Below are positions 60,301-64,000 of a DNA stretch of 64,000 nt, in pieces. The first letter of the stretch is position 1. Each line of letters opens with the position of its first letter. This stretch comes from Tubiluchus corallicola (Eukaryota; Animalia; Priapulida), in contig JAQGDQ010000209.1 in the NCBI GenBank assembly GCA_030141605.1, forward strand, positions 1 to 64,000. The letters run 5' to 3'. Both the position numbers and the translations under genes were made by a program. The notes beneath the pieces were generated by a model. The model saw only the letters and a program-made list of their open reading frames with translations. It did no database searches and was not told the DNA's origin.

Positions 60301-63300
60301 AGTGTGTGTTCAGAATGAAGAATGAATGACATCTATGACTCCTGAAAGAAAAGGACAGTCCTGTAGGATAAGTAGATTTTCTGATCAGGTGCACTTGAAC
60401 GCTGCACTATCTGGAAGTATAAAATGAACGTTATAAATCAAGTTTATTAAAATAAATCGAGTTGTTATAGATTTAAATAATTATGTGATAAGCCCGCCTG
60501 TTAAATTCCTTCTTCTATGTTAAAGTCATGTTAAAATCTCACTACAATTTTCCACCAATTACACAGGCATGCTTTGTTTCAGTTATTCAAAAACTTGGAT
60601 GCAGATGGCACCACATGTTGACTACACTTAGCTGATGTTTAAAAAACAGCGCTCAGCCATATCAAATGCAGTGCTAATTGGCGCAGTTGTTCTGCGTCAT
60701 GTTATACACATTACTCACATGTTGCATTGATTAGGAAGTATGGTAGTCGTTGAGTGAACCCCCACAACTACCAGGGATGTATATGACATCTGGTGTAGCC
60801 ATTTAAACGTCCATACATCTAGATGTCACTCCATTTATTGGCTGACAGATGCGTATGTGAATTTCAGGACTCGTGCAGTTTTTTTGTTAGTTGGTCGAAA
60901 ACCTTCAGGTTTTGGGTAGTACCCTACTAGTTGCATTAGTGATATTGAATTGCACGTTAATTTGTACAGGTTCTCAAATGTCTGAGTGTCTTCACTGTAA
61001 TCAGGATAGTTCACCAACTGTCTTTACTATTTAGTTCAGCAAAATATTTCTGATGCATGTACATGTAGTTCATTATTCTGCCAGCTGAAATATAATACTC
61101 GAGGGAAAAAGATCTATTTAATGTGGGTACTTGCGTCGGGACAGGAATCTACGTAGTAGTATCTACTGTATCAAATCATTTTATTTGTTATAAACAAAAG
61201 AAATACATACATTCCAGTTATTGGACTTTGGTCCAAAAATAGGAATTACACACACAAAAACAAATGTACACAGTAACACACAAACAAAACATGAAATCAA
61301 ACAAGTACTATATAAAGATATACGCAAAAAGATGTATATTAGACTTAAGGACTGGTGCAATATAGATTGAAAAGTGCAAAATTGAGATCAAATTTCGTGA
61401 TAAGATAATTTAATATATTGTGATAGGTTGATTTCAGTATTATAACAAATTTGTATATTGTCTAAAATTATATCAGTGTTATCAAGGTTATTAATGATAA
61501 TCATGTAATGATTAATGAAGCTCATTTTGGATGCACATCTACGCTCTAAAAGGATACTATTTTTCTACCAGAAGTGAGATCGGCCTTTTAACTGGCAGAG
61601 GTGCCTTGCATCATCACTTTTAAACTAGCCGTGCTGATTCACTTCAAAATTCTCTCTTGGGAGTCAGCGTTACTCACTTTACAATCATTACAGCAAACTT
61701 GTAGCCATTAAAAGTTATTGCATTGCTCAGCTGCAGTCATTTCGCTGTAAATTGGTTTCTTGCTCGTGTGTACATTTCTTACTTTACCGAAGTTTGTAAT
61801 GTCTTAATGGCTATTATGGGATCTTTCCCTTTTTTACCGAATTTAATTAATCCGATTAACGTTGATTCACTGCTCTGACTTGCAGCTCTTTGGTTAATAT
61901 ATTGTATTACTGTGAATAGCCCTTAACCCTATTCCTGGTGTCTGTAGACCAAAACTGGTTCGTGGATGCATTAACATCAATTTTTTTGGTCGTTAAAGGT
62001 TTAATATTGTCGTTTGACAAATACAGTATAATGTTATTTACTTCTCCAAGTTCGCTTTATTATTTGTATGTAAATTTGTAGTTGATAATTTAAAATGGCA
62101 TGAAATCTCAAAAGCTTATGATTGTTCTCCAAAGACCAAACTTTCTATTTTTTTCAAAGTGTATGAATTTCTCCTGTGTTTATTAATTCAAATTCATGCG
62201 AGAAAATACTTAGTGTAGATGTTTAAAATACATAAAACATATTATTAAAATATTGTCAAAGAATTTTAATTACAGTACTTAGTAGAAAGCTCCAAGCTCC
62301 AAACTTTAACTAAACCAAATAAACACGTTAACAAAATTTTTCCAGAAAATTTCTTTCCATTATCTCTTTTATACTTAGTTTCGCTGTAGACATAACCTGC
62401 TACCTTATTGAGGGTAGATGTCGGAAATACATGCGTGAAACATACTAAAGTTATCAAAGAATTTTAATTACAGTATTTAAACTTTTAAATAAAAAACTAC
62501 AAGTTTCTAAATCTTAATCCTGAAATTTCTTTCTATTTTTCCTTTATATTAAACAGTTTCCCTGTAGGTATAGCCTGTTACTTTTTAGAGGATGTTTTCG
62601 CTCAGTCGTGTAATCGTGTTACTTTAGCAGTTGCAAATTTACTAACTCATCGCACCAGGCTTTAGCCACATGTAAATCTGTTAGTTTGCTGGTTTCTTGC
62701 CTAACAACAACAAATATTGGGCTGCTTTATCTGTTTTCTTTAGCTTTGTAACAAGTGTGGTCGGCAAGCCTTGTTGCAGGTTCAATATACCACATTTAAC
62801 CTCCCATGTTTGCAAGTGAAATTTAACTTTTACGCTGTTGAATTAATCGATTCTAAGATATTAGTTATTGACACGCGACTAACAATTCCCAGTAGCTTGG
62901 ATTTTAATGACAAACAGACTCTAAAAAGCATTAGGCTTCTTTTAGTGATGTACCTCAGAATGGACGATAGATGTTATCTATAAAGAAAATTATATCCGGA
63001 AACTTAAGATGTTCAATTCATATTCGTACTAATAAACATTAAAACTAAGTAGTCTGCGTATCACACTGCATTTGAAGGCAATGCATTAATAAAATTTATC
63101 ATGTTACCTCGCTCGCATAACATTATGAAAAAACCTGAAACGATTCCGTAACTGTAAGGTTTTACGTTGAATTCCCGCAAACTACCAACTAATACACAAA
63201 AACAATAAAAACCTTCTAAGTTCTTGGAGTCCTTTACTGAGTGTCACTATATCGGCTAGAATTAGAAAAACAAGCCGGAGAAAATAAACAGAATAGAAAC

Positions 63301-63922
63301 CTTCTGGCTAAACTTCTACATTATTAGACTCGAGAAGCTTTATTTAGATGCTGTCAGGTGAAAAATATCCAACTCGGCCATGACCAGCTTGTCAGTGACA
63401 GTTGAAGCTGCTTCTGTTTTATCACCACGCAAAGGTTTTTTTGGAAGTTTAGGCGATTGTATTTTAGTCGCTTTTGCTCATAATCTTACGCCTGGCTTAC
63501 ACAGTTTTGTTTCTGTACCAGGTTGTCCAGAAGAACCTTGCAAACTCAAATGCGATTATGGTCTGGTAATGACAGAAACTGGCTTCAGCTGCGCCTGCAA
63601 CAAGCCCCAAGGAGAACCCAAATGTCTGACAGAACATTTTATTTACATGTGTAACAAGGAGCTAGATACGTGTGCTGGTTTCGTCTATGATTTCAAGGGC
63701 TGCAGGATGTGTTATTGTTGCCGCCAGGAGTCTACACAAGTGCCAGGCGGCTCTGTGGCTGTTGATGGTGGCTTTGGTGCTCCCGTTCAGGAAACGTATG
63801 GCGAAAGTGCAGTATTTGTCGTTGGTGGGGCTGGTAGTAAACTAGCTGTTGACGTTTTCCTACATGTGGTTGTTGTAACAATAGGACTTGGGTTCAGTTT
63901 TAAAATTATTCACTGTAATTGA
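57326..63922 (+). CDS. Small secreted, probably GPI-anchored antistasin-like Cys-rich protein (two antistasin-type repeats)
   Basis: Signal exon 57326..57380 (MFTPAVGTFLMLTGLSIA, phase-1 G|gtaagc) is in frame with terminal exon 63522..63922 (cag|GT TGT: CPEEPCKLKCDYG...CAC; C...CAGFVYDFKGCRMCYCC; hydrophobic C-terminus). Candidate microexons 57920..57944, 59321..59342 and 59869..59890. Confidence 0.7.
57658..57810. repeat. Tandem duplication, ~78-bp unit x2
   Basis: acaggatatt.agttaggttttgcgatcacaattagt...cataatcatttcccac...gccaga occurs twice. Confidence 0.85.
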
Positions 63923-64000
63923 GAATGGCACACGTTGCTTCGTAACCTACATGAGTTTTGCCAGAAAATTGCTATTTGGATCACGGACAATTACTGAAGC

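Noticed and set aside
59982-60332. 116-aa ORF or possible piggyBac C-terminal relic
   Set aside because: Only a faint ETQLQ*CSVC resemblance on the + strand; not enough to call.
63380-63521. ATG-initiated N-terminal part of the 180-aa ORF
   Set aside because: No signal peptide; a good phase-1 acceptor at 63521 fits the upstream signal exon better.

Overview
AT-rich, intron-containing genomic DNA of an invertebrate animal; no prokaryotic features, and the species cannot be identified from sequence alone. Four protein-coding genes were reconstructed by hand from splice sites and reading frame. (1) A secreted multi-EGF protein (- strand, 6945->~2298) with a signal peptide, three microexons and one large EGF exon whose 3' end is cut off. 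(2) RTN4IP1, an 8-coding-exon mitochondrial NADPH oxidoreductase (- strand, 19350->7561). (3) An NCAM/Fasciclin-II/apCAM-type adhesion receptor (+ strand, 23211->52872; 19 coding exons; 5 Ig + 2 FN3 + TM + long tail ending in ESSV). (4) A small secreted, probably GPI-anchored antistasin-like protein (+ strand, 57326->63922). The first 2.3 kb is a near-perfect inverted copy of 13499..15799, joined into the EGF tandem repeat through a 4-nt microhomology. Introns carry several MITE families, LINE and Academ-like relics, a probable solo LTR and Penelope-type hammerhead ribozyme motifs. The most unusual observations are: triplets of 3n+1 microexons after the first coding exon in two unrelated secreted Cys-rich genes; a diverged in-frame copy of the NCAM transmembrane exon behind a single stop codon; a repeated short motif in the NCAM tail; the ribozyme motifs; and the fold-back duplication. 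All gene models are manual predictions without transcript support.
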